Shown: in pieces, positions 1 to 12,639 of the stretch
How positions within the stretch are numbered: position 1 is the stretch's first letter
Layout: every line of letters starts with the position of its first letter
Assembly (NCBI RefSeq): GCF_006345805.1
Contig: NC_043020.1
Coordinates: 18,538,001 to 18,602,000, forward strand
From: Octopus sinensis
Lineage: Eukaryota
Length of the DNA: 64,000 bases
Direction of reading: 5' to 3'
The notes under the pieces: model-generated
What the model saw: the letters and a program-made list of their open reading frames with translations, nothing else
What the model was told of the DNA's origin: nothing
The model's database searches: none
Position numbers and translations under genes: made by a program

Positions 1-2
1 TC

Positions 3-119
3 CAAAACCTTCCCACTCACCACTGGCAGAACGAAGAAATTGGCGAGTTATTGGCTGAGGCATTTAAGCTGAAGTATATGTTTGCTGATGCTCCCAACCA
101 TTTAGTTCAGAAGTCATGA
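3..119 (+). CDS. TBC1D22: Terminal coding exon (5'-truncated by window edge) of a TBC1 domain family member 22 (Rab-GAP) homolog
   Basis: Frame 3 reads QNLPTHHWQNEEIGELLAEAFKLKYMFADAPNHLVQKS* (TGA 117-119). This matches the recalled TBC1D22A/B C-terminus LQNLPTxHW..EDI.LLLAEAYRLKF.FADAPNH. Confidence 0.85.
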   Translation, partial: QNLPTHHWQNEEIGELLAEAFKLKYMFADAPNHLVQKS

Positions 120-639
120 TGTCCTCACTACTGTTGAAAAACTGCTAAGCTGACTGTTGAAAATATATTTAAAAGAAAAGCAGAACAAATGAACAAAATA
201 ATAATACCACTACAGCAACAACAACACCATGAACAATAATAGAATCAAGCTTTCGACTTTAATTTTGCTTCATTTTGGTCAAGCACTTGTCGAAAATTTT
301 GACCAGATGTCTTTATCGCAACCTCCTTATCTCTCTCTCTTTGCTTCTCTCTCTCTCTCTTCCCCCCCCCTCTCTCTCCATTCCCCGTTCATGCGCTGCT
401 CACATTTGCAGTTGTGTTTATCTGCAGGGTTTGCCCCTAATCAAAAGACTTTTCCAAGTGAGAAGGCTTTTTATTGGTACCACAGAAAGATTGTTTTTAC
501 CTGTGTAAAGAACTGAACTGGTTTCATCGTTACCTTCTGTGATACTGTACAGGTTGATGCTGTGTGGGTGTGTGTTCACACAGGTACTTGTATTCACTCA
601 GGCATTCTCATATAGATGATTGCACATGTGTATGCATAA

Positions 640-1290
640 TCAGATGTGCACACAGATTTGTACACAATGTACACATATGTACACAATGCACATTTATACC
701 TATATATATCTATCTATCTATCTATCTATATATATATCCATATATATATTTATACATATATATATATATATGTACTTATACATAGACATATATATATATA
801 TTTATACATACATATATAAATATTCATACATATATATCCATAATATATATATATATAATACATATCCATCCATACATATATATCCATATATATATACCAT
901 ATATATATATATATATACACATATATATATATATATATATATACATACACATATATATATACATACCATATATATATATATATACACATATATACATACA
1001 CATATATACATACACATATATATCCATATATATATATATATCCACACATGCACACACACATATATATATCCATAAATATACATGTGTGCACAACATACAC
1101 GTATTTCATATGAATATGCATACAGTCATATGCACAAGTACACACACTTAATATAGATAGGCATGCTCACAGACATTCATCTGTGCAGATAATGCATACA
1201 CATACACACATATACTTAATATATGAATGTATGTGAGGCATACTTACAGATATTTATATGCACACACACACACACACACACACACAAATA
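640..1290. repeat. Compound (TA)/(CA)/(TCTA) microsatellite in the TBC1D22 3'UTR region
   Basis: Direct inspection. Confidence 0.9.
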
Positions 1291-1974
1291 TGCACATATG
1301 CATAGACATCTTCCACAAACCTGAGATGCATCATTACTGTTCCTGTGGAAATGCATCTGACTTCTGCTGCTATCGTTGCATGTCTGTCCTGATGATGATA
1401 CACCAACACTCCCTCTCTTGCTCACACATTCTGTAAATGGTCATCACAGACAGTCAGAATTGAGATCTTCACGGCACCAGTGTTTCTGCTGTGCAAGTTC
1501 TTTTGTGCAGTTGGCTCCCTCAATACAGGTCCAGTGTTTTGCCATCTATTGGATGTCCGAATTAATGAGTGAGGTCTCTTCACTGAAATCATCCGCTTTG
1601 AGTTAACGTTCAGAAGAAGCACTCCTGCCGAGGTCAACTTTGCCTTTCATCTCTCCAGGGCCAATAAAATAAAGAACCAGTCAGTTACTGGCATTGATGA
1701 TAGCAAGTGTAACCTCCCCGCTGTTACCTCAGAATTGCTGGCCTTGTGCCTAAATTAGAAACTGTTATAATTGTATATTTATTATTATAATAATGATGAT
1801 GTTGATGATGATAACCTTTGTCTGTGTGTATGAGTGTGTGTATGTAAATGCGTATATAAAAACTTTGTTTTTATATATATTTTTGTAAATGACACTGGAT
1901 TGTTATAGATCCTCATGGACTTCAAGGGGTGTGTGCAAAAAAAAATTTAAATGTCACATCAAAATCAACATTAT

Positions 1975-1980
1975 AATAAA
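1975..1980 (+). promoter_or_regulatory. Candidate polyadenylation signal of the TBC1D22 3'UTR
   Basis: AATAAA in non-repetitive sequence about 1.85 kb after the stop; other candidates exist. Confidence 0.25.
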
Positions 1981-2286
1981 ATGAATGATAATAATGGTTA
2001 CTCTTGTCGGTTTTGGCATATGAGTGTTTGACAGAGAGGATTTAAAAAAAGGAAAAAAATTATTTTAATTATTATTATATTAATCATTTTTATTATGACT
2101 ATTTCAAGGCAGTGAGATGGCAGATTTGTTAGCACACTGGGCAAAATGCTTAGCAGCATTTAGTCTGTCTTCATGTTCTGAGTTCAAATTCCACTGAGGT
2201 CAATAAATTAAGTACCAGTCCCTTCCTCAAAGATTTCAGGGCTTGTTCCTTTAGTAGAAATGATTAGTAGTATTATTTTTCTTTTC

Positions 2287-2317
<31 letters not shown>

Positions 2318-2569
2318 TTAATCCTTCCTATTATAGGTAGGAGGCCTGAATGTTGGGGGAGGTGATAGTTGATTACGTCAACTCCAGTACGCAGCTGGTA
2401 CTTAATTTACTGACCCCAAAAATATAAAAGGCAAAATGAACCTTTATGGGATTTGAATATCAAAATAATAATAATTGAAATGATAATGTTGATTAATATA
2501 ATGGTACTGATTTCTTGATTTTTTCTTAGTAATGATAATTAAAATAATAAACAAAATATGTTGAAACTG

Positions 2570-2601
<32 letters not shown>

Positions 2602-2772
2602 CTCTCTCTCTATTCCTGTCTCTCTCTCTCCTCCCGTTAGGGAAAAAGCTAAAAAGAAATGAATATTCTCTTCTTTAGAGTATTTTGCTGTGCAAGGAGG
2701 TTGGCATGGCGTGATGATGTCTGGGGAAATTTATCTTGTAAAGTGGGGAATGGTTACATTTTCAGGCATGTG

Positions 2773-2808
2773 TCATTGGTGGTGTTGTTGCTGTATTGTC
2801 ATCAGTGA
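2773..2808 (-). CDS. Candidate last coding exon of the minus-strand gene
   Basis: Long T-rich acceptor ending caaAG; SLMTIQQQHHQ* in phase with the 3172-3224 exon; followed by unique UTR-like sequence. Confidence 0.3.
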   Translation of the reverse strand, partial: SLMTIQQQHHQ

Positions 2809-3171
2809 CTTTGACAATAAATAAAAATAACCAAAAAAAAAAAAAAGAAACCAAATAGGAAGATTAAAAAAAAGCTACGCAAAAAAAAATAAAATAAACA
2901 AAGGATTGATTTTTCTCCACCTGAGAAATTTTCTTTGCTTTTTTTCCTCCCCCTCTCCTCCTCTTCCTCACCAGTTATTTCCATAAAAGATATTTAAAAA
3001 AAAATAAAGAAATAAAGAAATAAATTGTAAAGAAAGAAAGTTACAAAAATACAAAACTTGCATGAAAGAAAAATATAGGGAAAAGAACAAATAAAATAAA
3101 ACAAAACTGTGAAATATTGACTGTTGCTTCAAGTGAAAATGAAGGAAGTGAAACCAAAACCAAATCAGTAC

Positions 3172-3224
3172 CTGTTCAGTTGAAATGGTGCTGATTGTTC
3201 GGCCTGTAATTTTATTTTCTAATG
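3172..3224 (-). CDS. Candidate penultimate exon of the minus-strand gene (phase 1-0)
   Basis: atttgtcAG acceptor; LENKITGRTISTISTEQ; CAG|GTACTG donor. Confidence 0.35.
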
Positions 3225-3349
3225 CTGACAAATATATTATTTAAAACAAAATCAAATTTTTTCTTAAATGTCTTTTTTGTTGTTGTCTCATTTTATTTAG
3301 TTTTTACATTTGTATTTAAATAGCAAAAAAAAAAAAAAATTAATTGCTG

Positions 3350-3506
3350 TATTTTTACATGTATAAGGAACCCTTTTTTGTCAAAAATTAGGTTTAAAAA
3401 ATATGGGAGTTTATGCATGGATAGTATTTATAATCCCTTACAAAACCTTTTTTCCATATTTTAAGCCCCCCCCAAAGTAGGGGATTCCTTATACATGTTA
3501 AAATAT
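3350..3506. mobile_element. Short MITE-like remnant
   Basis: Inverted termini TTTTACATGTATAAGGAA / TTCCTTATACATGTTAAAA. Confidence 0.4.
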
Positions 3507-4222
3507 GGTATATTCTTTTAAAAAATTTTACTCTTTCCCTTTTTTACTTGTTTCAGTCATTTGACTTTGGCCATGCTGGAGCACCGCCTTTAGTCTAGCA
3601 AATCAAACCCAGGACTTATTCTTTTTAAGCCTAGTACTTATTTTATTGATTCTCTTTTGCCAAACCGCTAAGTTACGGGGACGTAAACCCACCACCATTG
3701 GTTGTCAAGCGATGTTGGCGGGACAAGCATTAATGAAGCAGGAAGTAAACACACATTAATGATAATCTGTAAGAAGAAAGCAATGAAGATTTTTGCGTGG
3801 CTTAAATGACACACAAATAGCAAATGAAGTTGTAGGGATATTCAAAAATACGATGCTGGCCAAATAGAAATTCAAATGGGAGGTTAGTTGTATTTGTGTA
3901 TGTGCATAAACTGTAGTCTGGTCATAAGCACTTCACTCTGGCCAGGAACAGTATAAAAGAGGTTACTGCATATCATTGCACAAGTATACCAGAAGTCCAT
4001 AATGTATTTTAAAAAATAATATGCATTTTTTAAATAACATGTATTTTTTGAAATGATATCGAAAAGGTATATATATATATGTATGTATGTATGTAATTTA
4101 GATAAAAAAACCTATAATTAACCACTCAATAAAGATGTTATTCGCACCATATAGAAAGCATACGATAAAAAACCTTATTTTAAAAATCAATAACGTACAA
4201 TAAATAGTAAATAGTACTAAAA

Positions 4223-4342
4223 AGACTACGCACGTTTCATGGCTATATTTTCAAATAGATAATAATAATAAAATCAATTCGATTTAAAATTAAATCGAAC
4301 TAAAATTAATTCTATTTAAAAATATAGTCACTCATCAGGTCT
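4223..4342 (-). ncRNA. Type I hammerhead ribozyme motif with long stem II loop
   Basis: Minus strand AGAC-CTGATGA-GTGACTAT...ATAGCCAT-GAAA-CGTGC-GTA-GTCT. Confidence 0.55.
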
Positions 4343-4515
4343 AAGATAATAAATGATAAAAGGTAAGAAATAATAGAATAAATGCACTTATCTTAACTTA
4401 TACTAATTATCAAATACGTGTATTAACTATAAATAATCGAAAAGCATTTAACAATATTTCAAGCGAAAATCCTTCGACAAGACAAGTTATATTTTTATTT
4501 TAAGAAATATTGTTA

Positions 4516-4874
4516 AACTAGCAGTATTGCCCGGCGTTGCTCGGGTTTGTTTCGACCCGCTGGAATTGTAATTTTGAAAAGTAAAAATTTTGTGAACATT
4601 TTTCTGGTCGAAATACACCGAAAAGTGGCGACACAGCAGTGAAAAAATCGTAAAAAATAGGGATTTTCATAGAAAAAAAGCATCTTTTTGATGTAAATAA
4701 TTTTTGGTGTTAACATGGTCCGATTTGAATTTTATGTTCTACGGAAGGAAGAGCAACCCTTCTATCATACTCTCAATTTTGGTCAACTTGCGCCGCAGGG
4801 TCTCGGAGGAGATAGTGTTAGTTGAAGGTTACCAAACGTGGCGCACACAGACAACTTTAGCTTTATATAGAGAT
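4516..4874 (+). mobile_element. Lep1/DINE-1-like non-autonomous rolling-circle element
   Basis: 5' ACTAGCAGTATTGCCCGGCGTTGCTCGGG and 3' ACAGACAACTTTAGCTTTATATAGAGAT termini. Confidence 0.55.
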
Positions 4875-5579
4875 AACACACACACATTAATACACATACA
4901 TAGACACACACACACATGTATGTATGGATGTATATATGGGTACTTGTATCGCAGAGTGGTCCCGGTTGCGCACACGCGGATTCGCGCGTGCGAGCCAGAC
5001 GTAGGTACTCGATACTCGATCGCCCTTAAATAATTACTTTTTTTTACAGAAACGCGAACGTATATAACGCGCAAAATTATTCCGTAGAATTTATCAAATT
5101 AAATAACGCAAAATTAATATATTTTTTGAAATTGCAAATTATTTAGAATATAAAAATCTGGCTGCTATTTCTAGGTGCCTGAGTAACAACCTCGCGGATT
5201 TACAGATAAATGAATTAATTACTATTTTACAGAATAAAATTAAATAATTCTTGAAAATTAATAAATATTAATATTTTTTTAACAAAGTAAATAATTTTAA
5301 AAACTTAAATAATATTTTTTTTTTACACACGCGAACGGGGAAAAGGGGGTGGCGAATTCGATTTTTTAATTTTCGTTGAATGAATAGAAAAAATGTATAA
5401 TATATGTTGTACATACCTAAATTTTTTCTTTTTCATGACATTGTAGCAAAATAGTAGTGAATTATATAAATACCAGCAGTACATTTTTTTTTCTGGGGTA
5501 TTTTTTTTCAACCTCGTCACATATTTGCCCCTTTCAATTTAAACAAAGTCTTAATTAAGCAATTACGGCAGCTTAGCAA

Positions 5580-6769
5580 TGGTTTCAATACAGGCGTGAC
5601 ATCTGTATCTCAATTGTTCAAAAGCCTTCGAATTTTTTCGCACGTGATGATATCATAGTGAAAACTTTCAATTACGCGCGCTTAGAAGTACGCTCGCAAA
5701 TTAATACTACCAAAATTTTGAAGTTCGCGCTCCGCTTGTGTGTGTGTGTGTGCGTGCTTTAGGTGTACGTAGGTATGTGTTTTTGTGTGTGTGTGTCGCT
5801 GAAGCCATACATACATATATACATACATAACCTCTCTCTTTTCTCTCTCAGTCACTCACTACAAAAAGTGAATAAAAAAAGTTCAGTTATTTCTGTCTTT
5901 CACTCTCTCTGTCTCTTTACACACACTAACAAAAGCACTTCACTTACACACCACACTTTCTGTGTCGCACAACCCATCAAACACACACACACACACACAC
6001 ACACACTCACGCAGGCACACATGTACATCAATGCTTTCGGAGTGAAATGTTAAAATATTGAGTTTTCTCGAATTTTGTCTTAATTGGGGGTGAAATTGAA
6101 AGAAATTTGTTATGGCATGACCGAATGGAGTACTTTGAAAAATCTTAGGTAAACTCTAATTGAAGAAATTGTGTGAGGAGTAAATCGTTATGTATTTATT
6201 TGTTTCTGTTTGCTGTGTTTTTTTATTTTTTGAGTAGTGGTTTAAGGTACACTTGCAAAGAGAAAGTGGGAGAAATTATGTTGATAGCATGAGTGATCCG
6301 TTTTATAGAAATACTTTCAGTTTAGTCTTCCTCAAATCACTCTGTCGCTATTTACTCTCTTCCAAGAACATTTTCACTCACTCTTATCTCTTAGCTTGCC
6401 ATACATTTTACTCATGTATCTATCAGCGTGATAGACAGAAACAAATATTACATCGCCATCGCATTCTATTGTCTACCTGTCAACACACACACAGTGAATT
6501 ACTTTCACTTTATTCGTTGCACACTGTGTGTGTGCGTGTGCGTGTGGTGTAAACCACATTAAGAAAAGCATTTGACATACACACCAGAATGTGAGTTTTC
6601 TGTAAATGTGGCTTAATTGGAGTTTAAATTTAAAAAACTGGACCTGGCATGACCCGATGCATTCTACTCTTAAAAATGCTAGGTAAATTGTAATTGAAGA
6701 AATCCTATATTGTAGATTTCTATAAGTGACAAAGGGAGGCAGATAAAATCTGCCTTTATAATAAGAGAT
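5580..6769 (+). mobile_element. Helentron-like non-autonomous element with internal microsatellites and an internal ~90-bp duplication
   Basis: Subterminal hairpin AGGCAGAT-AAA-ATCTGCCT (6737-6755) followed by TTATAATAAGAGAT; duplicated blocks at about 6080-6170 and 6612-6700; the same hairpin recurs at about 15415-15435. 5' boundary approximate. Confidence 0.5.
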
Positions 6770-6948
6770 GCTTGTCGATTATTTATTACCAAAAAGATAA
6801 GTTAACATTTCTTTTCCTTTTTCTTATTTTTCTTATTTTTTATTCCTCATTTAGTAATGAAAAATTATTTCGCCGATTTCTAGTTGAATAATTTTGATTG
6901 TCATGTCTTTATATTGGATGTAAATAGTAAAATAATTTTATATAATCC

Positions 6949-7050
6949 AGACCTGATGATTGGCAGTATAGTCGGATTGATATGGTATTGAATTTCGAGA
7001 CCTATTTCAGCAATACCGATAGATATATTGTCATGAAACGCGCGTAGCCT
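6949..7050 (+). ncRNA. Type I hammerhead ribozyme motif with long stem II loop
   Basis: AGAC-CTGATGA-TTGGCAG...TTGTCAT-GAAA-CGCGC-GTA-GCCT. Confidence 0.5.
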
Positions 7051-7300
7051 ATATAATTTAATATAGTATTCAGAATAAGAATTGTAGATATTAATTTTGA
7101 TAAAATTTAATCTTATATATCTTTATCATAGATAATGTCGTTCAATGTTGATTGAGTAGCTTGAAGGAGGTTCTGTCTCTTAAACCTATATATATATATA
7201 TATATGTATAACCAAGAGAACAAATTTCAAAGGTCAGTGTTCATATTCACTCTCTCTCTTTCTCTCTCTCTCACTCTCTCCCTCTCTTTCTCTCTCTCTC

Positions 7301-7343
<43 letters not shown>

Positions 7344-8257
7344 TCTCGCATCCATAAAGCGCTTGGCTTTATATACGTCACGTCAGACTTTAATGGCCGG
7401 TGGCCTATAATCTCTCTTCAAAATGTATTTATATATATAAATTTAATGTGCAATACATGGAGCCATAGAATCCTGTGACAATCGCATAAAAACTCCTTTA
7501 GTGGACCCGGCAACATAGCACATAGTAATCTAACATGGAGGAGTATAACGCAGAATCCTATACAGTTGAAATACAGCAGATCCGATCTATGAAATTATTT
7601 CATGAGCAATAAAAAGGAATAGAATATAAAAAACCAGAAGGTATGAAAGATGACTATATTTATTTCACCATTTGACATTCATAGGGTGACGGCCGTTTCG
7701 CGGCCTTCATCATGTAATGATAATTCTTATTCTAGTGTATAGTATTCTACATTTCTGCACCAATATACATGCTGTACATTGTATAGTACTACCGTCCATT
7801 TAGAAATCAATGGAAATATAGAAGGCTAAATCTTCAGACCAACAGAACATCGTGGTTACATTAATTTTTTCAACTCTGCTATATACAGACATATGCCAAA
7901 CTGCTAAGATATGGGGTCGTAAACAAACCAACACCTGTTGTCAAGCAGTGATGTGGGACAGACACAAGCACAAAGACACACACATACGACAGGATTTTAT
8001 TCAGTTTCCGTCTAACAAATCCATTCACAAAGCTTAGGTTGGCCCGAGGCTGTAGTAGAAGTTACTTCCCTAAGGAACTAAGCAGTAACACTGAACCCAG
8101 AGCCATGTAGTGGGGAAGCACACTTCTTACAACATCGCCATACCTGTGCCTATATGCCACGCCTGCACCTATATTTTCAACCCTTTGAGATGACTTGAAC
8201 ATGTATTGGAAATTAGTTGTACGAAAGCCTTTCTTCGGTTTTCCACATCTGGTTTCT

Positions 8258-8490
8258 TATTTCTTTACTGTCCACAAAGAGAAGCTACACACAGAGGAGA
8301 CAAACAAGGACAGACAAACGGATTAAGTCGATTATGTCGACCCCAGTGCGTAACTAGTACTTAATTTATCGACCCCGAAAGGATGAAAGGCAAAGTCGAC
8401 CTCGGCGGAATTTGAACTCAGAACGTAGTAGCAGACGAAATACGACTAAGCATTTCGCTTGGCGTGCTAACGTTTCTGCCAGCTCGCTGC
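8258..8490 (-). mobile_element. tRNA-derived SINE family B copy with 15-bp target site duplication
   Basis: GCGAGCTGGCAGAAACGTTAGCACG...GTTCTGAGTTCAAATTCCGCCGAGG head; TSD CCACATCTGGTTTCT at 8243-8257 and 8498-8512. Confidence 0.85.
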
Positions 8491-8607
8491 TGGTTTCCCA
8501 CATCTGGTTTCTACCACTGAGTGCTGTGAATTCTATCAATCGAGTCTAAAAACTATTTTGAGTTTTGCCGGCGTTTTGTATTCATTGACAATTTCTCTGT
8601 AATAATT

Positions 8608-8810
8608 ACTTCCGCCTTAGTGAAGGTGGAGGTATTGTTTTCAGTTGTGTTTGTTTGTTTGTCCATGGACAAGATATCTCAAGAATCACTGGATGGATTC
8701 GGATGAAACTTTCAGGGATTTTTGGCCTTGTGACTGACTTGATCTCATTAGATTTTGGAATTGATCTGGTCCCAAACAAGGATTCTGGATTATTTTTCCG
8801 ATTGTTTTTA
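8608..8810 (+). mobile_element. DINE-1/HINE-like fragment
   Basis: ACTTCCGCCTTAG-TGAAGGTGGAGGT hairpin, (GTTT)n, then ...GGATGGATTCGGATGAAACTTTC core. Confidence 0.55.
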
Positions 8811-9094
8811 CTTTACAAGTAGATGTAAAGTTTCACATAGTTCTCTTGTACACGCACACACATACATACAAAGACTCACACATTTTCAGGGTTGAACATT
8901 ACCATCCCATTTCCATTGTACACACACGCGCGCGCGCATATATATATGTATAAAAGGCAAAGTTTCACCTCAGCAGAATTTGAACTCAAAACATTAATAT
9001 TACGTTTGAAGTAAAACGGTAAAGTCAATGTTTTTAAATCTTCTTAAAGACTCCAGGTGCATTTTCAGTTTCATATCTTTACGCACACACATGT

Positions 9095-9395
9095 TTGTTC
9101 CTTCTCGAGTCATGCCTGGCTCATAAGGGCCGGTTTCCCGGTTTCGTTCGCGTATAGGTTCCCCACCTGGACGGGACACCGATTCGTCGCAGGTGAGCTA
9201 CAAGATGCATGAGGAAAGAGTGAGAGAAAGTTGTGGCGAAAGAGTCAGCAGAAGTTCGCCATTACCTTCCGCCGGTGCCACGTGGAGCTTGGGTGTTTCG
9301 CTCATAAACACACACATCACCCGGTCTGAGATTCGAACCCGCGATCCCTCGACCTCGAGTCCGCTGCTCTAACCACTAGGTCATGTACCTCCACT
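9095..9395 (-). mobile_element. tRNA-derived SINE family C, V/Meta-like 3' module
   Basis: Head GTGGAGGTACATGACCTAGTGGTTAGAGCAGCGGACTC...GGGTTCGAATCTC; 3' module contains GTCCCGTCCAGGTGGGGAACC. Confidence 0.7.
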
Positions 9396-9523
9396 ACATA
9401 CGCACATACACTTACACAAATAAATAAATGCATATTCGATTATTCTATATTTTTTCATTCATTAAAGATGTCACCATCATATTACTATGACCATTTACAG
9501 ACTGTTAATATATCGTTGAATGA

Positions 9524-9634
9524 TTATTTGGGTGTTGTGCCGAATGTAGAGTAGTTCTTTGGAGAAATTGCCCGCCCAATCTCTTCCTGCCTTTGTTCTT
9601 CATGTAAAGTCTTACAAATGATTCCGTTGTACAT
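9524..9634 (-). CDS. Candidate near-terminal exon of the minus-strand gene
   Basis: Strong acceptor attatttcatttcAG in unique sequence; phase 0 reads MYNGIICKTLHEEQRQEEIGRAISPKNYSTFGTTPK*; phase 2 is also open for about 40 codons. Confidence 0.3.
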   Translation of the reverse strand: MYNGIICKTLHEEQRQEEIGRAISPKNYSTFGTTPK

Positions 9635-9716
9635 CTGAAATGAAATAATTCGTTAAAGACTAAGAGACAGGCACAAGAGGAATGCAGTGTAGTGTATTGT
9701 GTGTGAGTGAGTGTAT

Positions 9717-9752
<36 letters not shown>

Positions 9753-9932
9753 AGAAGCCTTTCTACTAAAGGCACAAGGCATGATATTTTGGGGGAGGGG
9801 AATAGTCGATTGCATCGACCCCAGTGTTTCACTGGTACTCAATTTATCGACCCCGAAAGGATGAAAGGCAAAGTCGACCTCGGCGGAATTTGAACTCAGA
9901 ACGTAGCGACAGGCGAAATACCGCTAAGCATT

Positions 9933-10855
9933 TCGTCCTTGATGTGAACAAGAGCGAAAGGGGTGCCTTCCGACTAGTAGCTACAAGGAGTCTAGAAGTG
10001 GGTGAATGAAAGTCCATCTTGTAGGCATCTTTGGATTGTGTAGGACTGATATAAGAGAGGAGTGCAAAGCCCTTGCAAAGTTTCTCACACATTTCCAATT
10101 ATCTGACGCGCCAACTGGATTTCCGAATGTGTCAGTGTAGACATGAACAAGACACATCTAGTCAACTAGTCGTATCTAGATAGAGCATTCAGTAACCGAG
10201 TAGAAAAGAATAGCATAGGTTGTCCACTTTTTAATATCGTCTGTTGCACAGACCACAAATTTGTAATATGTACGATTGACCGAGATAGGTTTTGTAGATA
10301 GGGACCCAGTTACTGGAAGCTGAATGCATCAGTCCTGGTATGCCAAGTCTATAGAGATTGGATCAGTGAATTAAGCAGACGTTAACGGCGTCAATCGCCA
10401 TCAGGAAATGGTTTCCCCTAAAAAGGGCAATTAGACTAGAACCAATTAAGTTTAGTATGGTTGTAACAATAGAAAGAAATAGAATAGAGGGAAACGTAGT
10501 TAGAAACTTCGAAGACATCGCAACTTAGGAAAGACATCGCAACTGAAGTGCTTGCAGCGAGTTTGGCTTTCAACCATTTCATAAACGCGAAGTATGAAGA
10601 TTGCATTGTCAGAGTTGAGGCATGTATTCTAAGACATGCGGGGACGAAAGCTGCTCGAGAGGCTCATGTGATAGATTTAGCAGATTTTGATCGAGAGTTT
10701 GATTGGTGATGTGCAAATATGCGCAACCTCAATCAGATCTATCCACCTCATGCCGATACATCGGAGATACGGTGGCTAAAGAACCTAAAATTGGTGGGAC
10801 CCCTATCAATTTGGATCAGTCGAAAGCCTTTGATAGGGTCGACCACCAATACTTA
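9933..10855 (+). mobile_element. Fragmented Tx1/L1-clade ORF2 (APE endonuclease and RT pieces)
   Basis: VLDVNKSERGAFRLVA, SYLDR, DHKFV, GPSYWKLNASVL (about 10302-10337) and INLDQSKAFDRVDHQYL (10805-10855), with large internal deletions. Confidence 0.8.
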
Positions 10856-12096
10856 ACTCCAGAACTTTGCATATCTTACGGACTTATCATTGTTACATAG
10901 AAATTCTTTCAGCATTGATTGTTGTTTTTTTCTACTTGTGTTGGCCCATTGTATTTTTATGCAAGCTCTCTGTTTTATTATTTCGTCTTTTTTTATGGTT
11001 TCATGTAAAGAACTGGGAGAGGACTACTTGTAGCGGGGATTCAAAACCTAATCGCTAGACACTCGGTCACATATCATGAGTGAATCACTGCAACTTCATG
11101 TAATCGGTCAATAAATCGACCAATAAGCGCGAGGCTGTGGCGTGACATGTTTTTCTCGAAAGTTCTATCTTTTTGACTTCTTGCTTTTTATAAAAAACAT
11201 TTTTGGTGCTTCATTAATTGCTGAGTGTTGAAGGTAACTGACCGACTCGCATATCCAATCTTGTCGTGCAGACGGTTCTGTATATTTTACACTGACAATT
11301 CCAGGTTCTCGGTCAGATAGATCCAGACATTCATACAATGTCCCAACCTTTACTGACATGGTGCGGTTTTTCTCTTTCCCAATCAGCAATTATCAATATT
11401 GTTCATTGTAATTTATCAACACGGAAAACCATTATATCCGGCAATAAATATCAAATTAAACGTTCGTGAGTTTGCTTCAGTTATGATTCACTCAATCAAC
11501 GAAATATGCTTTCATTGACCAGCTCAATTCAAGCGACAGCAAATAAGCTCGTGACAACACTATATACATATGCAATGAAAAAAAAGAGAGTCAAAAGCAC
11601 TTATTGCCCTACTTACATTTATGACCAACTGTTGGTAAAGAGTCTCAGTCAGGACGATTAGTAAGCCAACGTTTTCCTTTAAACGTGATATCCTTTGCTA
11701 ACTCTGTATTTTCTAATTGTTCATCTGTGAATCTAGATTTGATGCGATCTCTTCAAACTCACTATAATTAACGATGGTAAGAAAACAGAACCTTGTTGAA
11801 CATACTTATATTAAAAAAAGGAAGAAAACGAAGAAACAAAATGCAAACAACAGTTAAGCCATTCAAATAACTATAATTTATCTTTTACTTATTTCAGTCG
11901 TTGGATTGCGGCCATACTGTAACGTTACCTTGAAGGGTTTTAGTAAAAAAAGAATCGACCCCAGGACTTGTTTTCTTTTTAAGCCTGGTACTTATTCTAT
12001 CGGGTTGTTATGCCGAGGAAGTAAACAAACCAACACAGGTTGTCAAGCGCAATGATAGTGGGGATAAACATGAATGCAAAGACACATATATTACAA

Positions 12097-12137
<41 letters not shown>

Positions 12138-12176
12138 CATATTATTATTATCATCATCATCATCATCATTATTATA

Positions 12177-12236
<60 letters not shown>
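12097..12236. repeat. Compound (GT)n(AT)n(ATT)n(ATC)n microsatellite
   Basis: Direct inspection; sits at the SINE A internal repeat position. Confidence 0.9.
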
Positions 12237-12237
<1 letters not shown>

Positions 12238-12242
12238 AATAC

Positions 12243-12315
12243 AGTTTGATTCGGTCTTTTGTGCCACAGGAACCAGGTTCGTCTGAGCTTGACGCACTGA
12301 GTTCCAGTGACGAAC
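12243..12315 (-). CDS. Candidate downstream exon of the coiled-coil gene (frame unresolved)
   Basis: cttgtttcgtAG acceptor; 73 nt open in phase 1 (GSSLELSASSSDEPGSCGTKDRIK) and phase 0 (VRHWNSVRQAQTNLVPVAQKTESN); GTATTT donor. Confidence 0.35.
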
Positions 12316-12551
12316 CTACGAAACAAGTTGCAAGAGGCCGAATCAAGCTTTTTTTTTTTTTTTAAATAATGGTATTTGTGACTCCTACAGAATGTGTTGA
12401 GTTCCTCACTTTTTCGTTTGTCCACTTCACATTCTTGTGACATGGTGGTTTGGCAAAAAAGAAAGATGGGTGTCGAATTCGTTCGACTAAAACCCATCAA
12501 GGCAGTGCTCCAGCATAGCCATTAACTGAAACAAGTAAAAGATAACACACA

Positions 12552-12639
<88 letters not shown>

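Noticed and set aside
620-1145. Long Y/I/H/T/M/C/V-rich ORFs here and at 13926, 16387-16955, 35525, 42914, 52082, 54306 and 57000-58775
   Set aside because: Translations of (TA)n/(CA)n/(TACA)n/(TCTA)n microsatellites, which lack stops in some frames.
11165-11389. 74-aa minus-strand ORF as an exon or gene
   Set aside because: No convincing acceptor and no recognisable motif. The region could equally be regulatory (CCAAT-like boxes, CpGs), so it was left uncalled.
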